DNA of 64,000 nucleotides from Squalus acanthias (taxonomy: Eukaryota), in contig CM059431.1 in the NCBI GenBank assembly GCA_030390025.1, positions 111,044,001 to 111,108,000 on the forward strand, given 5' to 3'. How positions within the stretch are numbered: the first letter of the stretch is position 1; each line of letters begins with the position of its first letter. A program made the position numbers and the translations under genes. This document shows, one piece after another, positions 30,014 to 45,300 of this stretch. The notes under the pieces were generated by a model, which worked only from the letters and a program-made list of their open reading frames with translations, did not search any database and was not told the DNA's origin.

Positions 30014-33000
30014 NTCAGTCACCAGTACACCTGTCAGTCACCAGTACACCTGTCAGTCACCAGGACATCTGTCACTCACAAGTGCACCTTTCAGTCACCA
30101 ATTCACCTGTCAGTCAACAGGACACCTGTCAGTCACCAGTATACCTGACTCTCACCATTACACATTTCAGAAACAAATTCACCTGTCAGTCACCAGGACA
30201 CTTGTCAGTCACCAATACCACTATCAGTCACCAAAACACCTGTCAATCGCCAATACACCTGTCAATCACCAATACACCTGTCAGTCACCAATTCACCTGT
30301 CAGTCATCAGGACACCGGTCAGTCACCAGTACACCTTTCAGTCACCAATTCACCTGTCAGTCATCAGGACACCGGTCAATCACCATTACACCTGTCAGTC
30401 ACTAGTTCATCTGTCAGTCACCAGTACAGCTGTCAGTCATCAGCGCAGCTGTCAGTCACCAGTCCATTGTCAGTCATCAGGACACCTGTCAATCACCAAT
30501 ACACCTGTAAGTCTCCAATTCACCTGTCAGTCACCAGTAATTCTTTCAGTCACCAGCACACCTGTCAGTCACCAATTCACCTGTCAGTCATTAATACACC
30601 TGTTACTCAACATTTCAACTGTCATTCACCCGGACACCTAACTGTCACCAGGACACCTGTCAGTCACCTGGACACCTGTCACTCAACAATACACCGGCTT
30701 GTCACCAGTATACCTGTCTGTCACCAGTACACCTGTCTGTCATCAGGGCACCTGTCAGTCACCAATACACCTGTCTGTCACCAGTACACCTGTCTATCAG
30801 CAGGACACCTGTCTAGCACCAGGACATCTGTCAGTCAACAGTACACTTTTCAATCACCAATTCAACTGTCAGTCACCAGGACACCTGTCAGTCACCAGTA
30901 CACCAGTCAGTCACCTATACCACCGTCAGTCACCAAAACACCTGTCAATCACCAATAGACCTGTCAGTCACCAATTCACCTGTCAGTCACCAAAACACCT
31001 GTCAGTCACCAATTCACCTGTCATTCACCAAGACAACTGTCAATCACCAATACACCTGTCAATCACCAATTCACCTATCAGTCAACAGTAATCATGTCAG
31101 TCACCAGTACACCTGTCAGTCACCAGTACATCTGTCTGTCACCAGGACACCTGTCACTCACCAATACACTTGCCTGTCACCAGTACACCTGTCACTCACA
31201 AAAACATCTGTCTGTCACCAGGACATGTCTCTATCACCAATACACCTGTCTGTCACCAGGACACCTGTCAATCACCAAGTCACCTGTCAGTCACTTATAC
31301 AACTGTCAGTCACCAATTCACCTGTCATTCACCAGGACAACTGTCAATCACCAATACACCTGTCAGTCAGCAATTCACCTGTCAGTCACCAGATCAACTT
31401 TTAGTCACCAATTCACCTGTCAGTAATCAGGACACATGTCAATCACCAATACACCTGACAGTCACCAGTAATCCTTTCAGTCACCAGCACACCAGTCAAT
31501 CAACAATTCACCTGTCAGTCACCAGGGGACCTGTGAGTCATCAATATAGCTGTCAGTCATCAGTACACCTGTCAGTCACCAATTCACCTGTCATTCACCC
31601 GGACACCTATCTGTCACCAGGACACCAGTCATTCACCAGGACACCTGTCACTCACCAATACACCTCTCTGTCACCAGGACATCTGTCAGTCAACAGTACA
31701 CTTTCCAGTCACCAATTCACCTGTCAGTCACCAGGACACCTGTCAGTCACCAATACCACTTTCAGTCACCAAAACACCTGTCAATCACCAATACACCTGT
31801 CAGTCACCAATTCACCTGTCAGTCACCAGTATACCTGTCAGTCATGCAAACACCTGTCAATCACCAATTCACCTGTCAGTCACAAGTACACCTTTCAGTC
31901 ACCAATACACCTGTCATTCACCAGGATAACTGTGTGTCACCAGTATACCTGTTTGTCACCAGTATACCTGTCTCTCACTAGGACACCTGTCAGTCACCAG
32001 GAAACATGTCAGTCACCGGACACCTGTCACTCACCAATACACCTGTCAGTCACCAATTCACCTGTCAGTCACCAGTACAACTTTTAGTCACCAATTCACC
32101 TGTCAGTAATCAGGACACATGTAAATCACCAATACACCTGTCAGTCACCAATTCACCTGTCAGTCAACAGTAATCCTGTCAGTCACCAATTCACCTGTCA
32201 GTCAACAGTAATCCTGTCAGTCACAAATTCACCTGTCTATCACCAGGACACCTGTCGCTCACCAACACACCTGTCTGTCACCAGGATATCTGTCTGTCAC
32301 CAGTATATGTGTCTGTCACCAGGGCACCTGTCAGTCATCAGTACACCTGTCAGTCACTAATAAACATGTCTGTCAGCAGTACACCTGTCACTCAACAATA
32401 CACCTGTCTGTCACCAGGACACCTGTCTCTCACCAGGACACCTGTCAGTCACCAATTCACCTGTCAGTCACCAGGCTACCTGTCAGTCACCAGTATACCT
32501 GTCAGTCACCAGGACACCTGTCTCTCACCAGGACACCTGTCAGTCATCAATTCACCTGTCAGTCACCAGGACACCTGTCAGTCACCAGGACACCTGTCTC
32601 TCACAAGTACACATTTCAGTCACCAATTCACCTGTCAGTCAACAGGACACTTTTCAGACTCCAGGACACCTGCCAGTCATCAATTCATCTGTCAGTAACC
32701 AGTACACCTGTCAGTCACCAATTCACCTGTCATTCAACCGGACACCAATCTGTCACCCAGACACCTATCTCTCACCAGGACACCTGTCAGTCACCAGCAC
32801 ACCTGTCAGTCACCAGCACACCTGCCTGTCACCAGTACACCTGTCACTCACCAATTCACCTGTCAGTCACCAGCACACCTGTCAGTCATCAATTCACCTG
32901 ACAGTAACCAGTACACCTGTCAGTCACCAATTCAGCTGTCATTCACCCAGACACCTATCTGTCACCAGGATACCTGTCAGTCACCAGTACACCTGTCAGT

Positions 33001-36000
33001 CACCAATAACCGTGTCAGTCATGAAAACAACTGTCAATCACCAATTCACCTGCCAGTCACAAATACACCTTTCAGTCAACAATACACCTGTCCGTCACCA
33101 ATTTACCTGTCTGCCACCAGGCTACCTGTCAGTCACCAGTACAGCGCTCAGTCAGCAGGACACCTGTCTCTCACCATTACACATTTCAGTCACCAATTCA
33201 CCTGTCAGTCACCAATACCCCTATCAGTCACCTAAACACCTGTCAACCGCCAATACACCTGTCAGTTACTAATTCACCTGTCAGTCACCAGTAATCCTTT
33301 CAGTCACCAAAACACCAGTTAGTCACCAATTCACCTGTCAGTCACCAGGACACCTGTCAGTCAGAGTACACCTTTCAGTCATGAATTCACCTGTTAGTCA
33401 CCAGTAATCCTTCAGTAACCAAGTCACCTGTCTGTCACCAATACACTTGTCAGTCACCAATTCACCTGTCAGTCACCAGTACATTTAGTTACCAATTCAC
33501 CTGTCATAATTAGGACACCTGTCAATCACCAATACACCTGTCAGTCACCAGGCCACCTGTCAGTCATCAATTCACCTGTCAGTAACCAGTACACATGTCA
33601 GTCACCAATTCACCTGTTATTCACCCGGACACCTACCTCTCACCAGGACACCTGTCAGTCACAAGTAATCCTTTCAATTACCAGCACACCAGTCAGTCAC
33701 CAATTCACATGTCAGTCACCAGTACACCTGTCACTCACCAAAACACCTGCCTGTCACCAGTACACCTGTCATTCACCAATACACCTGTCAGTCACCAATG
33801 CACCTGTCAGTCACCAGGGCACCTGTCAGTCACCAATTCACCTGTCAGTCACCAATTCACCTGACAGTCAAGAGAACACCTGTCAGTCACCAGTACACCT
33901 GTCTCTCACCATTACACATTTCAGTCACCAATTCACCTGTCAGTCACCAATACCCCTATCAGTCACCAAAACACCTGTCAATCGCCAATACACCTGTCAG
34001 TCACAAGTACACCTCTCAGTCACCAATTCACCTGTCAGTCACCAATTCACCTGTCAGTCACCAATTCACCTGTCAATCACAAATTCACCTGTCGCTCACC
34101 AACACACCTGTCTGTCACCAGGATATCTATCTGTCACCCATACATGTGTCTGTCACCAGGGCACCTGTCAGTCATCAGTACACCTGTCAGTCACTAATAA
34201 ACCTGTCTGTCAGCAGTACACCTGTCACTCAACAATACATCTGTCTGTCACCAGGACACCTGTCTCTCACCTGGACACCTGTCAGTCACCAATTCACCTG
34301 TCAGTCACCAGTAAACCTGTCAGTCACCTGGACACCTGTCAGTCACCAGGACACCTGTCAATCACCAGTTCACCTGTCGGTCATCAGGACAGCTGTCGCT
34401 CATCATAGTCCTGTCAGTTAGCTTTAAACCTTTCAGTCACCAATACACCTGTCAGCCACCAATGCACCTGTCAGTCACCATGACACCGGTCAGTCACTAA
34501 TACACCTGTCAGTCGCCAAGTCACCTGTCAGTCACCAGTACACATGTCACTCATCAATTCACCTGACAGTAACCAGTATACCTGTCAGTCACCAATACCC
34601 CTGTCAGTCATGAAAACAACTGTCAATCACCAATACACCTGTCAGTCACCAATTCACCTGACAGTCACCAGTAATCCTTTCAGTCACCAGCACACCAGTC
34701 AGTCACCAATTCACCTGTCAGTCACCAGGACACCTGTCAGTCACCAGGACACCTGTCACTCACCAATACACCTCTCTGTCACCAGGATACCTGTCTCTCA
34801 CCAGGACTCCTGTCAGTCACCAATTCACCTGTCAGTCACCAGGCTACCTGTCAGTAACCAGTACACCTGTCAGTCACCAGTACACTTGTCAGTCACCAAT
34901 ACCCCTATCAGTCACCAAATCACCTGTCAATCGCCAATACACCAGTCAGTCACCAAATCACCTGTAAGTCACCAGGAGACCTGTAAGTCACCAGTACACC
35001 TGTCAGTCATCAGGACACCTGTCAGTCAAAAGTACACCTCTCAGTCACCAATTCACCTGTCAGTCACGAAAACACTTATCAATCACCAATTCACCTGACA
35101 GTTACGAGTACACATTTCAGTCAACAATACACCTGTCAGTCACCAGTAATCCCTTCAGTCATCAAAACACCTGTCAGTAACCAATTCACCCGTCAGTCAC
35201 AAGCACACCTCTCAGTCACCAATTCACCTGTCAGTCACCAATTCACCTGTCAATCACAAATTCACCTGCCTGTCACAGGAAACCTGTCGCTCACCAACAC
35301 ACCTGTCTGTCACTAGGATATCTGTCTGTCACCAGTACATGTGTCTGTCACCAGGGCACCTGTCAGTCATCAGTACACCTGTCAGTCACTAATAAACCTG
35401 TCTGTCAGCAGTACACCTGTCACTCAACAATACACCTGTCTGTCACCAGGACACCTGTCTCTCACCAGGACACCTGTCACTCACTTATTTATCTGTCAGT
35501 CACCAGGCTACCTGTCAGTAACCAGTACACCTGCCAGTCACCAGGACACCTGTCAGGCATCAGTACACCTGTCTCTCACCATTACACATTTCAGTCAACA
35601 ATTCACCTGCCAGTCACCAGGACACCTGTCAGTCAGAGTACACCTTTCAGTAACCAGGACACCTGTCAGTCAGAGTACACCTTTCAGTCACCAATTCACC
35701 TGTCAGTCACCAGTAATCCTTACATTCACCAATAAACCTATCTGTCACCAATAAACTTGTCAGTCACCATGACACCTGTCAGTCACCAATACACCTGTCA
35801 GTCACCAAAACACCTGTCAATCGCCAAGTCACCTGTCAGTCACCAGGACACCTGTCAGTCATCAATTCACCTGACAGTAACCAGTACAACTGCCAGTCAC
35901 CAATACTCCTGTCAGTCATGAAAACAACTGCCAATCACCAATTCACCTGACAGTCACCAGTAACCCTTTCAGTCACCAGCACACCAGTCAGTCACCAATA

Positions 36001-36339
36001 CACCTGTCAATCACCAAAACACCTGTCAATCGCCAAGTCACCTGTCAGTCACCAGGACACCTGTCAGTCATCAATTCACCTGACAGTAACTAGTACAACT
36101 GTCAGTCACCAATAGCCCTGTCAGTCATGAAAACAACTGTCAATTACCAATACACCTGTCAGTCACCAATTTACCTGACAGTCACCAGTAATCCTTTCAG
36201 TCACCAGCACACCAGTCAGTCACCAATTCACCTGTCAGTCACCCAGACACCTATCTCTCACCAGGACACCTGTCAGTCACCAGTTCACCTGTCGGTCATC
36301 AGGACAGCTGTCGCTCATCATAGTCCTGTCAGTTAGCAT

Positions 36340-39300
36340 TAAACCTTTCAGTCACCAATACACCTGTCAGCCACCAATGCAACTGTCAGTCACCAATGCA
36401 CCTGTCAGTCACCATGACACCAGTCAGTCACCAGTACACCTGTCAGTCGCCAATACAACTGCCAGTCACCAATACACCTGTCAATCACCAAAACACCTGT
36501 CAATCGCCAAGTCACCTGTCAGTCACCAGTACACATGTCAGTCACCAGTACACCTGTCTGACACCAGGACACCTGTCAATCAGCAACACCATCGTCAGTC
36601 ACCAGTACACCTGTCAGTCACCAATACACCTGTCTGTCACCAGGACACCTGTCAATCAGCAACACCATTGTCAGTCACCAGTACACCTGTCTGTCACCAA
36701 TTCACGAGTCTGTCACCAAAACACCTGTCAATCACCAGTACACCTATCAGTCACCAATACCCCGGTCAGTCACCAAAACACCTGTCAGTCACCAATTCAC
36801 CTGTCAGTCACCAGTAATCCTTTCATTCACCAATACACCTGTCAGTCACCATGACACCTGTCAGTCACCAGTACACCTGTCAGTCGCCAATACAACTGCC
36901 AGTCACCAATACACCTGTCAATCACCAAAACACCTGTCAATTGCCAAGTCACCTGTCAGTCACCAGTAAACATGTCAGTCACCAGTACACCTGTCTGACA
37001 CCAGGACACCTGTCAATCAGCAACACCATTGTCAGTCACCAGCACACCTGTCTGTCACCAATTCATGAGTCAGTCACCAAAACACCTGTCAATCACCAGT
37101 ACACCTATCAGTCACCAATACCACTGTCAGTCACCAAAACACCTGTCAGTCACCAATTCACCTGTCAGTCACCAGTAATACTTTCATTCACCAATACACC
37201 TGTCAGTCACCAATTCACCTGTCAGTCACCAGTACAACTTTTAGTTACCAATTCACCTGTCAGTAATCAGGACACATGTCAGTCACCAAAACACCTGTCA
37301 GTCACCAATTCACCTGTCAGTCACCAGTAATCCTTTCATTCACCAATACACCTGTCAGTCACCAATTCACCTGTCAGTCAACAGTAAGCCTGTCAGTCAC
37401 CAGTACACCTGTCAGTCACCAGTACAACTGTCTGTCACCAGTACAACTGTCTGTCACCAGGACAACTTTTAGTCACCAATTCACCTGTCAGTAATCAGGA
37501 CACCTGTCAATCACCAATTCACCTGTCAGTCACAAATTCAACTGTCTGTCACCAGGACACCTGTCGCTCACCAACACACCTGTCTGTCACCAGGATATCT
37601 CTCTGTCACCAGTACATGTGTCTGTCACCAGGGCACCTGTCAGTCATCAGTACACCTGTCAGTCACTAATAAACATGTCTGTCAGCAGTACACATGTCAC
37701 TCAACAATACACCTGTCAGTAACCAGGACACCTTTTTCTCACCAGGACAGCTGTCACTCACCAATACACCTGTCTGTCAACAGGACACCTGTCACTCACA
37801 AGTACACATTTCAGTCACCAATTCACCTGTCAGTCACCATGACACCTGTCAGCCAGAGTACAACTTTCAGTCATCAATTACCTGTTAGTCACCAGTAATC
37901 CTTTCAGTCACCAAAACACCAGTCAGTCACCAATTCACCTGTCAGTCACCAGTACACCGGCCAGTCACCAGGACACCTGTCAGCCAGAATACAACTTTCA
38001 GTCACCAAGACACCTGTCAGTCATCAATTCGCCTGTCAGTAACCAGTACACCTGTCAGTCACCAATTCACTGGTCATTCACCCGGACACCTATCTGTCAA
38101 CCGGACACCTACCTCTCACCAGGACACCTGTCAGTCACAAGTACACCTTTCAGTCAACAATACACTTGGCAGTCGCCAATTTACCTGTCTGTCACCTGGA
38201 CACCTGTCTCACACCAATACACCTGTCAGTCACCAGTACACCTGTCAGTCACCAATGCACCTGTCAGTCACCAATGCACATGTCTCTCACCAGTACACCC
38301 GTCAGTCACCAGTACAGCTGACTGTCACCAGGACACTATCCAGTCACAAGTCCACCTGTCAGTCACCAGGACACCTGTCAGTCACAAGTACACCTGTCAG
38401 TCACCAATACATCTGTCAGTCACCAGTTCACCTGTCGGTCATCAGGACAGCTGTCGCTCATCATAGTCCTGTCAGTTAGCATTAAACCTTTCAGTCACCA
38501 ATACACCTGTCAATCACCAAAACACCTGTCAATCGCCAAGTCACCTGTCAGTCACCAGGACACCTGTCAGTCATTAATTCACCTGACAGTAACCAGTACA
38601 CCTGTCAGTCACCAATACCCCTGTCAGTCATGAAAACAACTGTCAATCACCAATACACCTGTCAGTCACCAGTAATCCTTTCAGTCACCAGTACACCTGT
38701 CAGTCACCAATTCACCTGTCATTCACCCGGACACCTATCTGTCACTAGGACACCTGTCAGTCACCAGGACACCTGTCACTCACCAATACACCTCTCTGTC
38801 ACCAGGACACCTGTCTGTCACCAGCACACCTGTCTGTCACCAGGGCACCTGTCAGTCATTAATACACCTGTCAGTCACTAGTACACCTGTCCATCACCAG
38901 TACACCTGTCTATCATCAGGACACCTGTCTATCACCAGGACATCTGTCAGTCAACAGTACACTTTTCAGTCACCAATTCACCTGTCAGTCACCAGGACAC
39001 CTGTCAGTCACCAGTACACCTGTCAGTCACCATTACCACTGTCAGTCACCAATTCACCTGTCAGTCACCAGTGCACCGGTCAGTCACGCAAACACCTGTC
39101 AATCACCAATTCACCTGTCAGTCACGAGTACATCTTTCAGTCACCAATACACCTGTCAGTCACCAGGATAACTGTGTGTCACCAGTATACCTGATGTCAC
39201 CAGTATACCTGTTTGTCACTAGGACACCTGTCAGTCACCAGTAAACCTGCCTGTCAACAGTACACCTGTCATTCACCAATACATCTGTCAGTTACCAATT

Positions 39301-42300
39301 CACCTGTCAGTCACCAGTAAACCTGTGAGTCACCTGGACACCTGTCAGTCACCAGTACACCTGTCAGTCACCAATGCACCTGTCAGTCACAAATGCACAT
39401 GTCTGTTACCAGTACATCTGTCAGTCACCAGTACAGCTGACTGTCACCAGGACACCATCCAGTCACAAGTCCACCTGTCAGTCACCAAAACACCTGTCAG
39501 TCACAAGTACACCTGTCAGTCACCAGTTCACCTGTCGGTCATCAGGACAGTTGTCGCTCATCATAGTCCTGTCAGTTAGCATTAAACCTTTCAGTCACCA
39601 ATACACCTGTCAGCCACCAATACACCTGTCAGTCACCTATGCACCTGTCAGTCACCAATACACCTGTCAATCGACAAGTCACCTGTCAGTCACCAGGACA
39701 CCTGTCAGTCATCAATTCACCTGACAGTAACCAGTGCACCTGTCAGTCACCAATACCCCTGTCAGTCATGAAAACAACTGTCAATCACCAATACACCTGT
39801 CAGTCACCAATTCACCTGACAGTCACCACTAATCCTTTCAGTCACCAGCACACCAGTCAGTCACCAATTCACCTGTCTGTCAACAGGACACCTGTCAGTC
39901 ATCAATACACCTGTCAGTCACCAATTCACCTGTCTGTCAACAGGACACCTGTCAGCCACCAATACACCTGTCAGTCACCAATGCACCTGTCAGTCACCAG
40001 TAATCCTTTCATTCACCAATACACCTGTCAGATACCATGACACCTGTCAGTCACCAGTACACCTGTCAGTCACCAATACAACTGCCAATCACCAATACAC
40101 CTGTCAATCACAAAAATACCTGTCAATCGCCAAGTCACCTGTCAGTCACCAGTACACATGTCAGTCACCAGTACACCTGTCTGACACCAGGACACCTGTC
40201 AATCAGCAACACCATTTTCAGTCACCAGTACACCTGTCAGTCACCAATACACCTGTCTGTCACCAGGACACCTGTCAATCAGCAACACCATTGTCAGTCA
40301 CCAGTACACCTATCAGTCACCAATTCATGAGTCAGTCACCAAAACACCTGTCAATCACCAGTACACCTATCAGTCACCAATACCCCTGTCAGTCACCAGA
40401 ACACCTGTCAGTCACCAATTCACCTGTCAGTCACCAGTAATCCTTTCATTCACCAATACACCTGTCAGTCACCAATTCACCTGTCAGTCACCAATTCACC
40501 TGTCATTCACCAAGACAACTGTCAATCACCAATACACCTGTCAGTCACCAATTCACCTGTCAGTCACCAGTACAACTTTTAGTCACCAATTCACCTGTCA
40601 GTAATCAGGACACATGTCAATCACCAATACACCTGTCAGTCACCAATTCACCTGTCAGTCAACAGTAAGCCTGTCAGTCACCAGTACACCTGTCAGTCAA
40701 CAGTACAACTGTCTGTCACCAGGACAACTTTTAGTCACCAATTCACCTGTCAGTAATCAGGACACCTGTCAATCACCAATTCACCTGTCAGTCACCAATA
40801 CACTTGTCAGTCACAAATTCAACTGTCTGTCACCAGGACACCTGTCGCTCACCAACACACCTGTCTGTCACCAGGATATCTGTCCGTCACCAGTACATGT
40901 GTCTGTCACCAGGGCACCTGTCAGTCATCAGTACACCTGTCAGTCACTAATAAACATGTCTGTCAGCAGTACACCTGTCACTCAACAATACACCTGTCAG
41001 TAACCAGGACAACTTTTTCTCACCAGGACAGCTGTCACTCACCAATACACCTGTCTGTCAACAGGACACCTGTCACTCACAAGTACACATTTCAGTCACC
41101 AATTCACCTGTCAGTCACCATGACACCTGTCAGCCAGAGTACAACTTTCAGTCATCAATTACCTGTTAGTCACCAGTAATCCTTTCAGTAACCAATACAC
41201 CTGTCTGTCGCCAATACACTTGTCAGTCACCAATTCACCTGTCAGTCACCAGTACATTAAGTCACCAATTCACCTGTCAGTAATCAGGACACCTGTCAAT
41301 CACCAATACACCTGTCAGTCACCAAGACACCGGTCAGTCATCAATTCACCTGTCAGTAACCAGTACACCTGTCAGTCACCAATTCACCTGTCATTCACCC
41401 GGACACCTATCTGTCACCCGGACACCTATCTCTCACCAGGATACCAGTCAGTCACCAGTAATCCTTTCAGTCACCAGCACACCAGTCAGTCACCAATTCA
41501 CCTGTCAGTCACCCAGACACCTATCTCTCACCAGGACACCTGTCAGTCACCAGTACACATGTCACTCATCAATACACCTGCCTGTCAGCAGTACACCTGT
41601 CACTCACCAATTCACCTGTTAGTCACCAGGACACCTGTCAGTCATCAATTCACCTGTCAGTAACCAATTCACCTGTCATTCACCCGGACACCTATCTGTC
41701 TCCCGGACACCTATCTCTCACCAGGATACCAGTCAGTCACCAGTAATCCTTTCAGTCACCAGCACACCAGTCAGTCACCAATTCACCTGTCAGTCACCCA
41801 GACACCTATCTCTCACCAGGACACCTGTCAGTCACCAGTACACATGTCACTCATCAATACACCTGCCTGTCAGCAGTACACCTGTCACTCACCAATTCAC
41901 CTGTTAGTCACCAGGACACCTGTCAGTCATCAATTCACCTGTCAGTAACCAATTCACCTGTCATTCACCCGGACACCTATCTGTCTCCCGGACACCTATC
42001 TCTCACCAGGATACCTGTCAGTCACCAGTAATCTTTTCAGTCACCAGCACACCAGTCAGTCACCAATTCACCTGTCAGTTACCCAGACACCTATCTCTCA
42101 CCAGGACACCTGTCAGTCACCAGGACACCTGTCAGTCAGCAATTCACCTGTCATTCACCCAGACACCTATCTGTCACCAGGATACCTGTAAGTCACAAGT
42201 ACACCTTTCAGTCAACAATACACCTGTCAGTCACCAATTTACCTGTCTGCCACCTGGACACCTGTCACTCACCAATACAACTGTCTGTCACCAGGGCACC

Positions 42301-45300
42301 TGTCAGTCACCAATTCACCGGTCAATCACCAGGCTACCTGTCAATCACCAGGACACCTGTCAATCACCATTACACATTTCAGTCACCAATTCACCTGTCA
42401 GTCACCAGGACACTTGTCAGTCACCAGGACACCTGTCTGTCACCAGGACACCTGTCAATCAGCAACACCATTGTCAGTCATCAGTACACCTGTCTGTCAC
42501 CAATTCACGAGTCAGTCACCAAAACAACTGTCAATCACCAGTACACCTGTCAGTCACCAGTAATCCTTTCATTCACCAATACACCTGTCAGTCACCATGA
42601 CACCTGTCAGTCACCAGTACGCCTGTCAGTCGCCAATACAACTGCCAGTCACCAATAAACCTGTCAATCACCAAAACACCTGTCAATCGCCAAGTCACCT
42701 GTCAGTCACCAGTACACATGTCAGTCACCAGTACACCTGTCTGACACCAGGACACCTGTCTGTCACCAGGACACCTGTCAATCAGCAACACCATTGTCAG
42801 TCACCAGTACACCTGTCTGTCACCAATTCATGAGTCAGTCACCAAAACACCTGTCAATCACCAGTACACCTATCAGTCACCAATACCCCTGTCAGTCACC
42901 AGAACACCTGTCAGTCACCAATTCACCTGTCAGTCACCAGTAATCCTTTCATTCACCAATACACCTGTCAGTCACCAATTCACCTGTCAGTCACCAATTC
43001 ACCTGTCATTCACCAGGACAACTGTCAATCACCAATACACCTGTCAGTCACCAGTACAACTTTTAGTCACCAATTCACCTGTCAGTAATCAGGACACATG
43101 TCAATCACCAATACACATGTCAATCACCAATACACCTGTCAGTCACCAATTCACCTGTCAGTCAACAGTAAGCCTGTCAGTCACCAGTACACCTGTCAGT
43201 CACCAGTACAACTGTCTGTCACCAGGACAACTTTTAGTCACCAATACACCTGTCAGTCAACAGTAAGCCTGTCAGTCACCAGGGCACCTGTCAGTCATCA
43301 GTACACCTGTCAGTCACTAATAAACATGTCTGTCAGCAGCACACCTGTCACTCAACAATACACCTGTCAGTAACCAGGACACCTTTTTCTCACCAGGACA
43401 GCTGTCACTCACCAATACACCTGTCTGTCAACAGGACACCTGTCACTCACAAGTACACATTTCAGTCACCAATTCACCTGCCAGTCACCAGGACACTTGT
43501 CAGTCACCAGGACACCTGTCAGTCACCAATACCCCTATCAGTCACCTAAACACCTGTCAATCACCAATACACCTGTCAGTCAACAATTCACCTGTCAGTC
43601 ACCAGTAATCCTTTCAGTCACCAAAACACCAGTCAGTCACCAATACACCTGTCAGTCACCAATTCACCTGTCAGTCACCAGTACAACTTTTAGTCACCAA
43701 TTCACCTGTCAGTAATCAGGACACATGTCAATCACCAATATACCTGTCAGTCACCAATTCACCTGTCAGTCGACAGTAAGCCTGTCAGTCACCAGTACAC
43801 CTGTCAGTCACCAGTACAACTGTCTGTCACCAGGACAACTGTCAGTCACCAGGACAACTTTTAGTCACCAATTCACCTGTCAGTAATCAGGACACCTGTC
43901 AATCACCAATTCACCTGTCAGTCACCAATACACTTGTCAGTCACAAATTCAACTGTCTGTCACCAGGACACCTGTCGCTCAGCAACACACCTGTCTGTCA
44001 CCAGGATATCTGTCTGTCACCAGTACATGTGTCCGTCACCAGGGCACCTGTCAGTCATCAGTACACCTGTCAGTCACTAATAAACATGTCTGTCAGCAGT
44101 ACACCTGTCACTCAACAATACACCTGTCAGTAACCAGGACAACTTTTTCTCACCAGGACAGCTGTCACTCACCAATACACCTGTCTGTCAACAGGACACC
44201 TGTCACTCACAAGTACACATTTCAGTCACCAATTCACCTGTCAGTCACCAGGACACTTGCCAGTCACCAGTACACCTGTCAGTCACCAATACCCCTATCA
44301 GTCACCTAAACACCTGTCAATCACCAATACACCTGTCAGTCAACAATTCACCTGCCAGTCACCAGGACACCTATCAGTCACCAATACCGCTGTCAGTCAC
44401 CAAAACACCTGTCAGTCACCAATTCACCTGTCAGTCACCAGTAATCCTTTCATTCACCAATACACCTGTCAGTCACCAATTCACCTGTCAGTCACCAGTA
44501 CAACTTTTAGTCACCAATTCACCTGTCAGTAATCAGGACACATGTCAATCACCAATACACCTGTCAGTCACCAATTCACCTGTCAGTCGACAGTAAGCCT
44601 GTCAGTCACCAGTACACCTGTCAGTCACCAGTACAACTGTCTGTCACCAGGACAACTTTTAGTCACCAATTCACCTGTCAGTAATCAGGACACCTGTCAA
44701 TCACCAATTCACCTGTCAGTCACCAATACACTTGTCAGTCACAAATTCAACTGTCTGTCACCAGGACACCTGTCGCTCAGCAGCACACCTGTCTGTCACC
44801 AGGATATCTGTCTGTCACCAGTACATGTGTCCGTCACCAGGGCACCTGTCAGTCATCAGTACACCTGTCAGTCACTAATAAACATGTCTGTCAGCAGTAC
44901 ACCTGTCACTCAACAATACACCTGTCAGTAACCAGGACAACTTTTTCTCACCAGGACAGCTGTCACTCACCAATACACCTGTCTGTCAACAGGACACCTG
45001 TCACTCACAAGTACACATTTCAGTCACCAATTCACCTGTCAGTCACCATGACACCTGTCAGTCACCAGTACACCTGTCAGTCACCAATACCCCCATCAGT
45101 CACCTAAACACCTGTCAATCACCAATACACCTGTCAGTCAATAATTCACCTGTCAGTCACCAGTAATCCTTTCAGTCACCAAAACACCAGTCAGTCACCA
45201 ATTCACCTGTCAGTCACCAATACACCTGTCTGTCACCAGGACACCTGTCAGCCAGAGTACAACTTTCAGTCATCAATGACCTGTTAGTCACCAGTAATCC

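Noticed and set aside
28965..30641. 558-aa + ORF and 249-aa - ORF (29273-30022)
   Set aside because: Artefacts of reading through the N gap.
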